The notes below the pieces were generated by a model. That model was given only the letters and a program-made list of their open reading frames with translations, was not told the DNA's origin and did no database searches. Positions 13,185 to 27,746 of a stretch of 64,000 nucleotides of DNA are shown here, piece by piece (the stretch's first letter is position 1; each line of letters begins with the position of its first letter). A program made the position numbers and the translations under genes. This stretch comes from Octopus vulgaris. Lineage: Eukaryota. The DNA lies in NCBI GenBank assembly GCA_951406725.2, contig OX597821.1, forward strand, positions 65,410,001-65,474,000, given 5' to 3'.

Positions 13185-13396
13185 CTTTTTCTTCTTTTAG
13201 TCATTTGACTGTGGCCATGCTGGAGTACAGCTTTTAGTCGGAAAAATCGATCCCAGGACTTATTCTTTGTAAGCCTAGTACTTGTTCTATCGGGTTTTTT
13301 TTGCCGAACCGCTAAGTTACAGTGACGTAAACACACAAACATCGGTTGCCAAATGATGGTGGTGGTACAAACAGACATAAAAATACATACATACAT

Positions 13397-13442
<46 letters not shown>

Positions 13443-13920
13443 TTATATATATATACTAGCAGTATTGCCCGGCTTTGCAAACTGGTCACATTTCATTCAA
13501 AGCGTTAAAAATGTTATGAACACAAGTGGTATGTGTTCACAAAGTCCAAACGATTAATACGAAAAAACCCTCCAGGCTACATCCCGAAAATTAATTTCTT
13601 TGCCGAATTTCTACAATGTTTTTTTTATTTTTCATGCAATTTATGCATGCTTGCACGCGTGGTGAACACAGTTCACGTCAAACAGCTGAATGAGTAAAGT
13701 TCACTATTCAATGCATGGGATAAGGCCTAAACAAACACATCATCGATTTTTGCACTTGCGAGATGAATTTCTGAACAGAAATAGCGCAGTTCAATTTTCA
13801 TTCGCATAAACTTTAAGTGACCCTATTTTGGTGGTTCTACGATTTGTTGGCTAGGAGGAGATGTGCCGGGAAGTTAAACACACAGACACACACACAAATA
13901 CACACAGACACACAAGTTGA

Positions 13921-13963
<43 letters not shown>

Positions 13964-14100
13964 GACAGGTTTCTTTCGGTTTCCGTCAATCAAATCCACT
14001 TACAAGGCTTTTGGTCAGACCGAGTGCTACACAGTGGGGACTGAACCCGGAACTATGTGGTTGTAAAGCAAGCTTCTTATCACATAGTCACTCCAGTGCC
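13185..14100 (-). mobile_element. SINE family B split by an insertion in its internal microsatellite
   Basis: Tail half at 13185-13380 and head half at 13960-14100. Confidence 0.75.
13454..13930 (+). mobile_element. Non-autonomous Helitron/Helentron-like element
   Basis: Starts tACTAGCagtattgCCCGGCtttgc and ends with an (ACAC/AGAC) microsatellite then ttttatatata, the layout of Lep1-like short rolling-circle elements. Confidence 0.55.
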
Positions 14101-14611
14101 CTAGAAATTTCAAGAAATCTCCAGAAACTTTCATTAACATACATTTATTTTTAAGAAATTGATGTGGAAACAAAGTCGGTGGGTGCACAATTCTATAGCT
14201 ACGCCCAAAAGCAGTAACGATGACAAAAGCGTCATGCTGATGTGTAAGACATCAAATCCCCCGACTGTCAACTTTTGTATCAGTTTGCCATTTATGTAAA
14301 TATATTTAACCCAGAAATAGTTTGTTTATATTATCCTTAAGAAGCTGTGACTTTCTAAACTCCGGTATATAAGAGGTGATGGAGCTAAGCGATCTATGAC
14401 TAGTCGCTAATGAGGGAAGACACAAATATGAGGCTGATCTGCGATTTTAGATGCCGAAACTCCTGCGGCGCAGGCTTGGCATCTATTTTCACTGGGATAC
14501 TAAATGGATGCTTATTGAACGTATCGGGTATGCCCTTCGCATACACAAACACACACGCATAAACACACACACACACACACAGAGACACGCACACACACAC
14601 ACAAACACACC

Positions 14612-14643
<32 letters not shown>

Positions 14644-14669
14644 TGTATGTATGTATGTATGTATGTATG

Positions 14670-14792
<123 letters not shown>

Positions 14793-15032
14793 TTAGATAG
14801 ATAGATAGATAGATTGATTGATAGATAGATTAATAGAGAGATAAGTAGCTATATAATATGTTTGGTATATATATATATATATATATAATATATATACATG
14901 TATACGATATATATATACAAGTACACATACATATACTTATACACAGACACATTTGTATATGTATGTGTGTTCGTGTATATATCTATCTATACACACACAC
15001 ACAAATATATGTACATATATATACATACATAC

Positions 15033-15995
<963 letters not shown>

Positions 15996-16057
15996 CATAC
16001 ATATACATATATAACAAATGAAAAACAGAAGATGGAATATACGAGAATATATTATTA

Positions 16058-16163
16058 ATCACAACAATTGTTTCGACACATCTAGCATCAACTCCTGTCG
16101 TGGGACACACAAAAAAACTGGTTCAGGAGTATCCGGTGGTGCGGACATATCACGTCGGGTGAT
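16058..16163 (-). ncRNA. Hammerhead-like motif with branched stem II (core CCGACGU, probably mutated)
   Basis: Minus strand: ATCAC-CCGACGT-GATATGT[TCCG..CGGA; ACTCCTG..CAGGAGT hairpins]ATGTGTC-GAAAC-AATT-GTT-GTGAT. Confidence 0.55.
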
Positions 16164-16562
16164 AAGTAAATTAAAAAAATAATCTCGTTAAAATGACTGT
16201 TCCATAATGCAACTTTCCGTTTTGTAGAGAGAAAAACAGCCAGTCGGAGGAAGATTCTTCATCTATATATAGAAGACCCAAAACTAAAATTGCAGAAGAC
16301 AAAAAGAGAACCGAACACTTAATCCAGCGAGAAAAGTATTGAAAAATAACCGTTGACCAATATGGATGTATAAACGCCCTCGGCCAAGCAGCATGGCACG
16401 AGTACGCATGCTCATACAAGCATTAGCAAGAATGTGAGCACACGCACACGCGAGGTTAGACGCACTGATAATTACAGAGCGAGTTAGATATTTAGTAGGT
16501 GTCTGGAAGAACGGGGAGGTTTAAAGTAAATTTAAATCATCGGTACGTTAAAGTAAAATAGA

Positions 16563-16955
16563 GGAGGCGCAATGGCCCAGTGGTTAGGGCAGCGGACTCG
16601 CGGTCGTAGGATCGCGGTTTCGATTCCCAAACCGGGCGTTGTGAGTGTTTATTGAGCGAAAACACCTAAAGCTCCACGAGGCTCCGGCAGGGATGGTGGT
16701 GATCCCTGCTGTACTCTTTCACAACTTTCTCTCACTCTTACTTCCTGTTTCTGTTGTACCTGTATTTCAAGGGGCCGGCCTTGTCACTCTCTGTGTCACG
16801 CTGAATATCCCCGAGATATAAGGGTGCACGTGTCTGTGGAGTGCTCAGCCACTTACACGTTAATTTCACGAGCAGGCTGTTCTGTTGATTCGGATCAACC
16901 GGAACCCTCATCGTCGTAACCGACGGAGTGCTTCCAAAATAAAATAAAATAAAAT
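16563..16955 (+). mobile_element. tRNA(Arg)-derived SINE, family A (Octopus OR-like)
   Basis: ggaggcgcaatggcccagtggttagggcagcggacTCGcggtc...ggtttcgattccc with A/B boxes; (AAAAT)n tail. Confidence 0.85.
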
Positions 16956-17304
16956 TACACTAAGTTAACGGTTACTCAAAATTCATTCTCACTGCACTGT
17001 GCGAAAGTACATTTATATGCGCGTAGGCATCTCGATAGTCTTTCAGAAATTCTATTAAATATCTTTTCATTAGTCCACAGAATAGGCAGGGATACCTCGG
17101 AGCGGAGACGGCATCTTTAGGAAATTGCACTGTATGGTTTTGCATGTCTAACTATGGACCAAGTAATGTATTATTTCGTATTAGCCTCCTTCAGTCGCCG
17201 TATAAAATCTGCCAAAGATGTCGAATGTCTCTTGTTGATTGACCTAAAGTTGGCAACATGATTACAAGTAAGGTACCAGGTGTAAAGCATTCGTCTTATT
17301 AGCC

Positions 17305-17399
<95 letters not shown>

Positions 17400-17929
17400 A
17401 TGTATATATATGCACACACACACGCATATATATATATATATATACTCACATATATATGCAAGTATATAATTATATATGTGTATACGTATTTATATGTCTA
17501 TGTGCGTATATTTGTTTAAAAAGCATATATATCTTTACTTTGGTAAGAAGTTCTTCGGCAAGATTTTGAGTTAGATTTAAATATTTATTTTTCCCTGCAG
17601 CATGTCAGCAAATTTCTAGAAACAACGTCGAAGATAAAAGAATTTTAAAATTCCAGTAACTTCGATGCTCATACTTTTTGTCTGAACTTGGGGGTATATT
17701 CGTCAAATTTCGTTCTGCAACTAGCTGATACATGTGTGAATCTATGTGTGTGTGTGTGTGTGTGTGTGTCTGTATTTCATGCAAAAGACGAAATACGCAA
17801 ACGATGCATCTCAATCTTCAAGCTTCTACGTTTATAACGTTTGGATATTGGTATAAAAGAAATCTACTCTTTCGCTTTCACTTCCAACATATATATATGT
17901 CTGTTTTCTTCTATTTTTTAATCATTTAA

Positions 17930-18340
17930 CTTCTTTTTCTGAAGTAGGAGCTGGTTTCTAACAAAGATACCAAGCTCCATCGTTACAATTTAGATAGCGC
18001 AAACAATGTCACGTTTTAAACCTGAGAACATTCTTGAATATTTCCACTGTTCCACTTACAAACCGTATTTGTAATGTGCGAGTTATTTGGTTGATTTCAT
18101 TCTCTGAAAATCCTAGCGCTTATCCAGATTGTCACTTAGTCATTTACTAATAAAACCAAATGCACCAATTAATATTGGTATAAATGTGAATTTCTAATTA
18201 CGATACAGAAATTGACGGTTTCGAAACCATGCCCATAATTATCCTCTTCCTCTTTGATTTTCAAAGAGACATTAACATCAGTATGATAGCTGATCTCTAT
18301 GACGGTATATACTTCTTGTCTGCCTCAAAAAATATCCGGC
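17930..18340 (-). mobile_element. Older R4-like RLE LINE 3' fragment
   Basis: DVNVSLKIKEEEDNYG...KFTFIPILIGAFGFI...LQIRFVSGTVEIFKNVLRF, with stops. Confidence 0.6.
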
Positions 18341-18454
18341 CTCATGTGTGCATGTATATAGGTATGTATGTATGTATGTATGTATGTATGTATGTATGTA
18401 TGTTTGTATGTGTGTATGTGTGTGTGCTTGCATGTATGTATGTATGTATGTATG

Positions 18455-19015
18455 TAATTATTCAGTTTTATTTCAAGACTTCTTGCCAATAGAGAAAGAG
18501 TCGGTTTCTAACTTAGATCCAAGGCTCCTTCAATGGAATTTCAAAATCAACAGGGTAATTTTGTATGTATGTATGTATGTATGTATGTATGTATGTATGT
18601 ATGTATGTATGTATGTATGCATGCATGCATGCATGCGCAGATTTGTATGTTTTACGTATATCTTCACATGCATATAGTTACATATCTAGACATGCTCATA
18701 TATGCTTAAATGATAAACTTTTGGGTAATTTTACACATATTTTTACAATTCCGGTGATGGCCTGGATCTATAGTCTTCGAATAAGCTTTCTTCTTTCTGG
18801 TTTGGAAAGTCTAATTGCTCAAGATTGATATTAGGCAGTGTGTTACGTATCCCAGTCCCCAAATAATTACAGGTATAAACCTGAACTTGCAATCTGGATA
18901 GAGCAATTGCAGGTTTGTCAATAGTTCAGCGTAAGTATTCTGTTTTACACTGATCTTCAGCTTTATGTTCACATCCGCTGGGCAGCTAATTTCCACAACT
19001 CTACAGTTTCTTTTC
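18455..19015 (-). mobile_element. R4-like RLE LINE 3' end with (TACA)n inside its 3' UTR
   Basis: EISCPADVNIKLKISVKQNTYAELLTNLQLLYPDCKFRFIPVIIWGLGYV; 3' UTR, then (TACA)n, then conserved tail. Confidence 0.8.
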
Positions 19016-19030
19016 TCTATCCCAAAGCAT

Positions 19031-19062
<32 letters not shown>

Positions 19063-21424
19063 TGTATGTATGTATGTATGTATGTATGTATGTATGTTTC
19101 ACGTACACCTAAGACAACGTTTTCCCAATATCTCCTTTTTTTAAATTCGGGTTTTGATTGAAGATATATATGTATGTATGTATGTATGTAAGCATGTATG
19201 TATGTGTGTATGTATGTGTGTGTCTGTTCGCGTATAAAAAAGAAATCAACTATAATAAAATGTTTCCGATATATTTGTGAATAACGCAAACCATAATTGG
19301 AGAAGCCTCGGGGCTTGGAATATTAAACAAATTCAAATATTCTTCAAATCATACCATACCGCCTTTAAAAAAAGATGATGGACACATTTAATAATATAGT
19401 TGCGCAGATACCCTGAATATAATGGGGTGGAGTTGATCGCTACTAAGAACACAACACTATTATGACTTCCTTATTTAGAACAGATTTGGGGCTAAATATA
19501 CACTAACAAAAATTAAAATAAAGGGTATTATTAACTTCTTTAAAAGAATTTCTCTTTTTAGATGTCTCTGTAAGGACCGAAATTTTTTTGTCAGAGCCTA
19601 ATTACCATGATGGAGATTTGTTTTTTTCTTTTGCTTTTGTTTTAATTATATATCTTATTTTGTGAGGTTTCAATCATGACATTTTTTTTTTCTATTTTGA
19701 TTTCATTTGTTTAATCTCATTTTGTTTTCACTTCAATATTTTCTTCTCTTACTTAGATATTTGGTAAGATTCCAGTGATACCTCATTTCCATTAAGAAAT
19801 GATTTAACTTATGTTTTAAAACGTAATCAGATAGTAAAAGATTTCTATCTATTTCTCTCTTGCGGCTCTATCTATTTTTCTCTGTTGGCTCCAAGTTAAA
19901 TATTTGTCAGTATCAGAGCAGCGGGATTCTTCCTTTACAGCTCATAGGGAATGTTGTAGCTTCAGGCAATAAATAAATGGAAATTTTTTTAAAATACGGT
20001 GAAAATAAGAAATTTAGGCATTACATCAAGCAGTATTAAAGGAAGAAATTAAGTGGCCAGAAACACTAAAAACGGTCTCCAGCTAAAAGTTAAAAACGTT
20101 TTAAGTTTAAAGAAATTAGAGAAGACACAAAAACTAATGTGTAATGACATGAAGTTTATTATCTCTTTCTTGTCAAAGACTTCCATTACATGCAATGGAA
20201 ATATATCCTAGAACAACATCAGAAATTGGTTGAACGTATTCAGGAGTTTTGGTCGGGTTCGGCCTCATGGAATCATTTACTGAAATGAAGATGTCATTCA
20301 AAGAAACAGGACCACCTTGTCGAATGAATCAACATCTTTTCTTTTCTCACACACCGATTCTCATCACGAAACTCAACTTTTGTCCTGTATTCTGTAGAAT
20401 CAAAATTACTTGAAATTCCTAATCAAAGCATTCCATTCTCTATCAATCCTTCTCACAATACTGACTCGCTGTCTTTTTAACCCTCTCATACCTTAAATCA
20501 GCTAATTTGAGATAATTACGTTAATTCTACATTGATAATCCTTTACAATAATGTATTTCACCCCAAACCCATCTGAGTCTCCAAGGAAAACGAATGACAG
20601 AACCTCTAATATACCATATTCAGAACAAAAATCACAATTTTGTTCAGGGTCCTTTCATTGGTTTGAACCTGCGCTACACTTGCACTGGCAAAGAACATTG
20701 TAACAATTTCGAATTTTCTTATCTGTAATGATTTCAAAGGTGTTACCCAATTTCTGCAAAGAACCATTGACATTAAGAAAATAAAAACTGCATGGCTCCT
20801 GTATGGGCAAGCACTTTCACCTTGAAAATAATCACCAGGTTTCTGATTCCCTTCCAAAATGAATAATATCTACTAATATTGCTAAATCCTCCTAAGGGAG
20901 CCTCGATTAGCTGCTATTTTTGTATTCAACCTCTGCTCTTCCTCCCCGTCTATCCATACTTTCAAGAACACATTTATCGCCAGATCCTCTTGTTATGTAC
21001 TCAAAAAGCGAGATACAGTTACCAACCAAATACAATATACTATATACAATAACCGAATATTCAAATTCTTTGATTGGTCATTTCATAGCAAATAAGGTTA
21101 CTGGTCTGAAATTTCATCGTCTCAAAATTCACGACGAAAAGACTCTGTCCTTCTAAAGTTTCCAAACACACACACTCACACACACACACAAACACACACA
21201 CACAAAATAAACATACAAATAAATATACATACATGCATGTACTTACATGCATACATAAATACATTTATAAATACGTACATACATATATACATACATGCAA
21301 CTATATGTATGCGAATACATACATAACACAAAATATGCAAACCTGCACGCATACATGCATACATACATACATACATACATACATACATACATACATACAT
21401 ACATACATACATACATACATACAT

Positions 21425-22115
21425 ACTCTGTTGATGTTGAAATTCCAATAAAGGAGTCTTGAATCTATGTTAGAATACGGTACTTTTTCTATTGGCAAGA
21501 AATTATGAAATAAAACTAAATGATGACATTGACACACATACATGCATACATACATACATACATACATACATACATACATGCATACATGCGAGAACCCACA
21601 GTATGGTAGAAGACATTGCCACTCATACTAAAACAGAATACTGGTAGAGACCTCAATAAAATGTAAGCACAACAGACCTGATATCATGATTTCGGATTGA
21701 GAAGAGGAACCATGCACAGTTGCGGATGTTAACATAAACAGTGAAAATCTGCGTAAAAGAGAATACCTACTCTGAACTATTAAGAAATATGCTGTTACGC
21801 TATCCAGATTACAAGTTCATGTAATTATTGGGGCCCTGGGATACGTAACACATCGCCTTAATACCAATCTTGAGAAATTAAGCTTCTCAAATCCAGAAAG
21901 GAGAAAGCTAATTCGAAGACTACAGATTCACTGCATCACTGGAACTGCATAAATCTATATAACTTTCCAGAAGTTTATCATTTAAATATATATGAGCATC
22001 TCTACACATGCAACTATATGCATGAGAAAGTAGCCCCTTGTGGGTAGTAGCGAAATATATATGCATGAGAATACATACATAAAGCAAAACAGACAAGTCT
22101 GTACATAATCATACA
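21425..22115 (+). mobile_element. Two R4-like pieces: tail of one copy, then RLE coding remnant of another, separated by (TACA)n
   Basis: Tail at 21425-21530; KHNRPDIMISD...ADVNI...KENTYSELLRNMLLRYPDYKF from about 21660. Confidence 0.75.
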
Positions 22116-22139
22116 TGATTGGAAACCGTCTCTTTCTCT

Positions 22140-22532
22140 AGTACTCTTATATGTTTCAGTCATTTAACTGTGGCCATGCTGGAGCATCGCCTTTAGTCGA
22201 ACAAACCGACTCTGGACTTATTCTTTGTAAGCCTAGTATTTACTCTATCGGTCTTTTTTGCCGAACCTCTAACTTACGGGAACGTAAACACACCAACATC
22301 GGTTGTCAAGCGATGATGGGGTGGGGGACAAACACACACTCAATCTCACGACAGGTTTCTTTCATTTTCCGCCTACCAAATCCACTCACAAGGCCTTGGT
22401 CGTCCCGAGGCTATAGTAGAAGACACTTGCCCGATACTACAGTAGAAGACCCTTTCCCCAGGTGCCACGCAATGGGACTGAACCCGGAACCATGTGGTTG
22501 GTAAGCAAGCTACTTACCACACAGCCACTCCT
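22140..22532 (-). mobile_element. SINE family B
   Basis: Matches the other family B copies. Confidence 0.8.
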
Positions 22533-25500
22533 TAGCAAGAAATCTTGAAATAAAACTGAACAATGCCATAGATACATAGATACATAGATAGATAGATAGA
22601 TAGATACATACATACATACATACATACATACATACATACATACATACATACATACATACATACATACATACATACGTATATACATGCATATGGGTATCTA
22701 CGCCAACGTATGGACAAGATCGCTTACTCTGTCTTGTCGTGGATTCTCCATATCTGATTACTGTTGTAGGCTCATTGTCTTGTCATAGGCTTCTAAAAAT
22801 ACAACCCTTACAGTTATTCCAGTTTACTGATGTATTAATTTAACTCTCAACGTCTCAGAGGTAACGGAAGGAGAAAGCTGAAAATATCTCATTCCTTTCT
22901 TTTATTCAATAACTTTCCAATATCTTTAACTGCCAATAAAATTCCATTGAGTGAGATGTCCCGGTGATTCGCTCCACTGCAGCATGCAACACCGAGACCC
23001 TATCCAACTCATATTCTATCAACTTTGGGATGCGGTTTTCACAGCTTTTACTTTCCTACCTGAACGAATTACATCATGTTACGTATTGTGCAAGACACAC
23101 CACCTATTCAGCTTGTATCAACATGAACTTTCGAACACCGTTAAGTTTTAACCCTCCGTCGTAAAGCTAGACATCTCGTAACAAACATGAATTACTCGCA
23201 TGTCACAAGGAGTTGAAAATATGTTCCAATAGGGACATAATAAATAAGTCTTATTATAGATCACATCTAAAATCTTCTTAAACTTTACAAATGTTTCACC
23301 ACACAACAGTCGATCGTCTCTCCTTATCTATTACTATCTCACGTGCCGTAGACAACAAGAACTTGTGACAACTTACTTTTGCAAGGGTTTAAAGTTAAAC
23401 TTCTTAGAGGCTCATCTCTGCATTAGACGCAGTATATTTCCAGCTTATCCTTTCATCCTTCTGAGGACGATAAACTAAAATACTAGTCTAATACTTAGGT
23501 CAATCGCATCGACTAGCCCTTCTCACAAATTTCAATCCAGCTGCCTGTATTAGAAACAATTATATGTCTCCATGAAATAATGATGGACTAATTATGTAAA
23601 CTTTTGTAAATTAATTAACGACACGCAGCATAATTTTTTGTTGGACAGCTGGTTATAAAACTGACAATCAGAATTCTAACTACATTAAACTGATTTATTC
23701 GATCATGTATAAAACTAATACGATACAATTTAAAACTTAAAATTTAACATTCTACAAATACTTTATAATGACCTTGTTTACTCCGAGTACACTATTTCTG
23801 TAATAAAATTAGAAAGAAAACGTTCACATCAGGTATGCTTTTCATTGTGTGTCTACTCGATCAAGGCTGACTTGAACTTAACCAACAACAACAACAACAA
23901 CAACAGCAGCAATAGCAGCAGCAATAAACACATTGACATCAACATGAGGAAAAAAACACCCTTTATTTCTTTTCCTTTCTTTACACGGTATGTTGCTGAA
24001 CTTAATTTCGTAGATAGCGACATGGAATTATTCCTACTCAGTTCTGTCAAATGAGACAATAAATTTTTACATGATCAGGAAATTGAGATTGAGGGGCGGA
24101 ATGGAGGCGGGCGGAACACTTCTTCAGGCAAGAACCCTATAGAAAATTTGTTGTAAATCGTGAAGTCAAAAGCTGAATTCAAGAAATTGTAAAAGCAAAT
24201 AATCTCTTTATTTGCAAAAATTCGTGTAAAAATGGTACAAATTAGATCGTGCATTATTGAAAACGGGTGGTGACATAACGCGTAAAAGGATTCTAAAATA
24301 AAATCCTCAAAAATTCAGGAAAATCATGGCACAAACATTGATTATTAAATTTTAGTTCTGAATAAACAGAAATTGTATTTTTTTTTTGAATCTCTGAATA
24401 CAATTAATGATGTGATTTCCACGAAACAGGACTTGTTTACCGTAATTTTTGTTTTTCTTTTAGAAAAGTCAAGAATTTTAGACACACCATATTTGTATGT
24501 ATGTATGTATATATGTATGTAATAGTGAGAGAGAGAGAAAGAGAAAGAGTGAGCGGAAAATAGAGAGAGAGAGAGAGAGGGAGAGAAATAGAGTGAGAGA
24601 GAGAGAGAGAGCGGGAGATATAGTGATAGTAATAGACATGTGAGCGGGTGTACATATGCAATTAAATCCCTCAGCAAGAAGTCAGTTGAGAAGATTACAT
24701 AAGTGTGTGTGTGTGTGTGTGTGTGTCTTTACTTGTTTGTTTGTGTGTGCACGCGTGCGCGTATGTGTCTGTCTGTTTGTTTGTGTGTGTGTATATGTGG
24801 TGCGTGTATAAATTTACAGGATGATGACAAATGATATAGGTTATCGCTTACAGTATATATAGGTTGTCACCCTTTCACTACTGGCGAACCGTGACCACAA
24901 TCATTTCAGGCATTACCACATACTACTTCTAGGGTTTTGCTTGACTACATCATCCAACACCAGTTCATGAGTTGAAAGAGCGATGTGGCTACTATTTCTA
25001 GCAGCTCAAACAACTACGTAGAGAATTGTTGGTTCATGTTTATTAGATTAACGAGTTAAATTTCGCCTTTCAACACCCTGTGATCTATAAACGAGTACCA
25101 ATCCTTGGCGGCGGTTGGTGGAACCCAATTTGTTCCGGCTATTTGCATTTAAATTCAACTATGATTCATTTAGATAGTATATTTAATCTATGACCTGATT
25201 TAACACTACCACCAGGCGTAATAGGGATCGTTGGTGGAGTTGTTCTGTTGCATGCATTGGGGGTTAGATCTCTACTTTAAGGATAACTTACCCAAAACCC
25301 ACCCCAATCTCTGAAGGTTGCAAAAGGTCTTGGGTCACGCCTTCCTTCCTAACTCTTTTACTCTTTTACTTGCTTCAGTCATTTGAGTGTGGACATGCTG
25401 GAGCACCGCCTTTAGTCGAGCAAATCGACTCCAGGACTTATTCTTTATAAGCCTAGTACTTATTCTATCGGTCTCTTTTACCGAACCGCTAAGTTACGGG

Positions 25501-25736
25501 GACGTAAACACACCAGCATCGGTTGTCAAGCGATGTTGGGGTGGGGACAAACACAGACACACAAACATATACACACACACATACATACATATATACGACG
25601 GACTGCTTTCAGTTTCCGTCTACCAAATCCACTCACAAGGATTTGGTCGACCCAAGGCTACAGTAGAAAACACTTGACCAAAATGCCACGCAGTGGAACT
25701 GAACCCGGAACCATGTGGTTCGTAATCAAGCTACTT

Positions 25737-27746
25737 TATTTCATAAATGTGTCATATAGACAGTACAAAGAGCTTTGCGGGCTGGACAAATACATTAATG
25801 AATGAAAATGAAATATAATGAATAAATGAGAGACGAAACCCAACACCCGCCGATTGGATTTTTCTCGAAAACATATTTTCTTTTTTTTTTTTAAATCAAT
25901 ATGAGGTTTCGAACCTCTTACAAGGATGAGGCACTAAAACCTCTTACTTAACGTGTCTTCTTTTTTTTTTATTTCTTAAAGCACAAAATTGAGGTTATAA
26001 ACCACTACAAAATAATCCAATAAGATGATGTTTCAAACCCTGTAACGAGGGTCTTTCACATCCTACTCTTCGATATATCCATCGATATATTCATCATTAT
26101 CTTCAATGCCGCTTGAGTTTCTGTATCCCGCCATTTCCCATGCCTCACTCATGTAGGACATGTAAGTCGTGTAAGGGCCACCCGGCCATATGCGACATTC
26201 CTCCCCAAATCCTTTAAGCCTTTCCCACAGGGGAAACCTTATGACCTCCACAGCTATCTGCGGAGGCCATTCGGGATCCCGTGTGAAGGGCATATCTACT
26301 GTTTCTTTATGTTCTTCTACTATTTTTTCCACCTCCCCGCCCTTGTAGAAAAAGATAATTAATTGATCATCTTTAAGGGTGGGGGTGGTTTCTTCCACGG
26401 TGGGTGGCATAACTTCGGGACCTGCAGTCGGCACACCATCTCCCCGCTGAGATGACCCGTTCTTCTTCCTTCTTTTTTTTCTTTTCTTCCTGGCTTCGGG
26501 AGATCTTCCGCTTTGTCCGGAGACTCTCCCTCGCCTTCCGAAGCCTTAGGTTCCTTCGGCGGGCAACTATTGTTGCCCGCCTTCTTCCTTTTTAATCCTT
26601 TGACCGGGTAGAGGAGGTGGCATCTAGTGACTGTTCCAGGACCTTACCATGGTCCTGGGGGCAATTCCTTTTAATGTGGCCTGGCTGCAGGCACGAGTGA
26701 CACTTTGGGGGACGTCCCTCAAGTATCACCGGATACCCGCAGCCAGCCATTTTCAAGAAATCTGGAAAAACCAGTTCTGTTGCAGCCGATGGGGTCCACA
26801 GAGTCAAAATCGCTTTTGACCCTTCCCAATCGACCGCCGGCAATAATCTTACATTTAGGAGCCTGGGCCCGCCATCCCCCAGTCTCCGTCGGATGGTATC
26901 TTCAATCCAATCCGCTTCGATGCCCGGGGGGAGCCCACATACCCAGGCTCGTATTAATTTTCTTTCACAATATGACGGGAGAAACAGAATTTCCTTGCCT
27001 TCTAAAGACTAATTCGCAAACTGGCGAGCCTTTTCCCCGTTGTCAAACAGCAACCATACGGTTGCATGTTTGACACCACGGGATATATATTTTACAGAGG
27101 ACAAATGTTCTTTAAGTTCATTTTTTATGACTTGTTTTGGGAAGACGGTGATGGAATTAAGAACTTTAGAATACGTTCTAAGTACCATCGTATTCTCCTC
27201 CATATCTTGTAACCATTGCTTAGGCGAGTTAATTTCCCAATCTAAGACAGAGTTTTTCTTTTTAAGTTCCTTCTCTGCCATATCAAAAAACAGTTCAAAA
27301 GTAGTTCAAAAGACAGTCTGCCCAAAAATTAAGCCGAATAAAAATAAAACGAAATAAAAGAGAAGGGGAGGAAACTGAAATTAAAGTAATGAAAAGAATG
27401 AACCAAAATTTAGAAAGAAAGAAAAAATAGAAGGGAAAAGTAAAAGAAACACCTCACAAATAGCACAGACAGGGAATCCTTTGTATAATACTCCAAAAAG
27501 GTAATCCAAAAGGTAATCCAAATGGCTTTTTCTTATTTTTCTGGCGAGATACGCCCACTAGAATTCACAAGAAGAATTTTCAAAAAAATTCTCAATTCAC
27601 CGTTACGGTGATGAGAACCCAGTATTTTGCTCGCTATGGCGAGCCATAACTGACAATTTTTCTTTTTGTTCTTTTTTTCTATTCGCGGAGCCGAAACTCA
27701 CATCTGCTCACTGTAACAGTCCAGACCAACTAGTGTTGCATTCTGG
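25737..27746 (-). mobile_element. ORF1-only (half-LINE) retroelement, Tx1/L1-like, with 15-bp target-site duplication
   Basis: TSD gtaa(t/g)caagctactt at 25722-25736 and 27747-27761; 3' end AATAAA; no RT between ORF1 and the 3' end. Confidence 0.8.
26063..27281 (-). pseudogene. Disrupted gag-like ORF1 with CCHC zinc knuckle
   Basis: ORF pieces 27009-27281, 26592-26843 (EGRPPKCHSCLQPGHIKRNCP = CX2CX4HX4C), a basic K/R stretch and 26063-26434; stops and frameshifts lie between them. Confidence 0.8.

Larger units (their letters stand above)
16011..17308 (-). mobile_element. Degenerate PLE 3' part (GIY-YIG C-terminus resembling the Naiad-type), interrupted by a SINE
   Basis: 17260->16980 translates NHVANFRSINKRHSTSLADFIRRLKEANTK*YITWSIVRHAKPYSAIS*RCRLRSEVSLPIL...FNRISERLSRCLRAYK; hammerhead-like motif at the terminus. 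Confidence 0.7.

Noticed and set aside
16090-16132. SECIS element within the stem-II branch (UGAA...CGAC)
   Set aside because: No helix II or apical AA motif
16563-16640. tRNA-Arg-like sequence as a real tRNA gene
   Set aside because: It is the head of a multi-copy SINE; the cloverleaf is imperfect and continues into the SINE body
19950-21150. Possible decayed LINE coding sequence (also 35400-35930, 39900-40400, 45100-45720)
   Set aside because: Composition suggests old retroelement remnants, but the motifs are too degraded to assign by eye
24090-24120. GC boxes as a host promoter
   Set aside because: Two short motifs with no associated exon or CpG island
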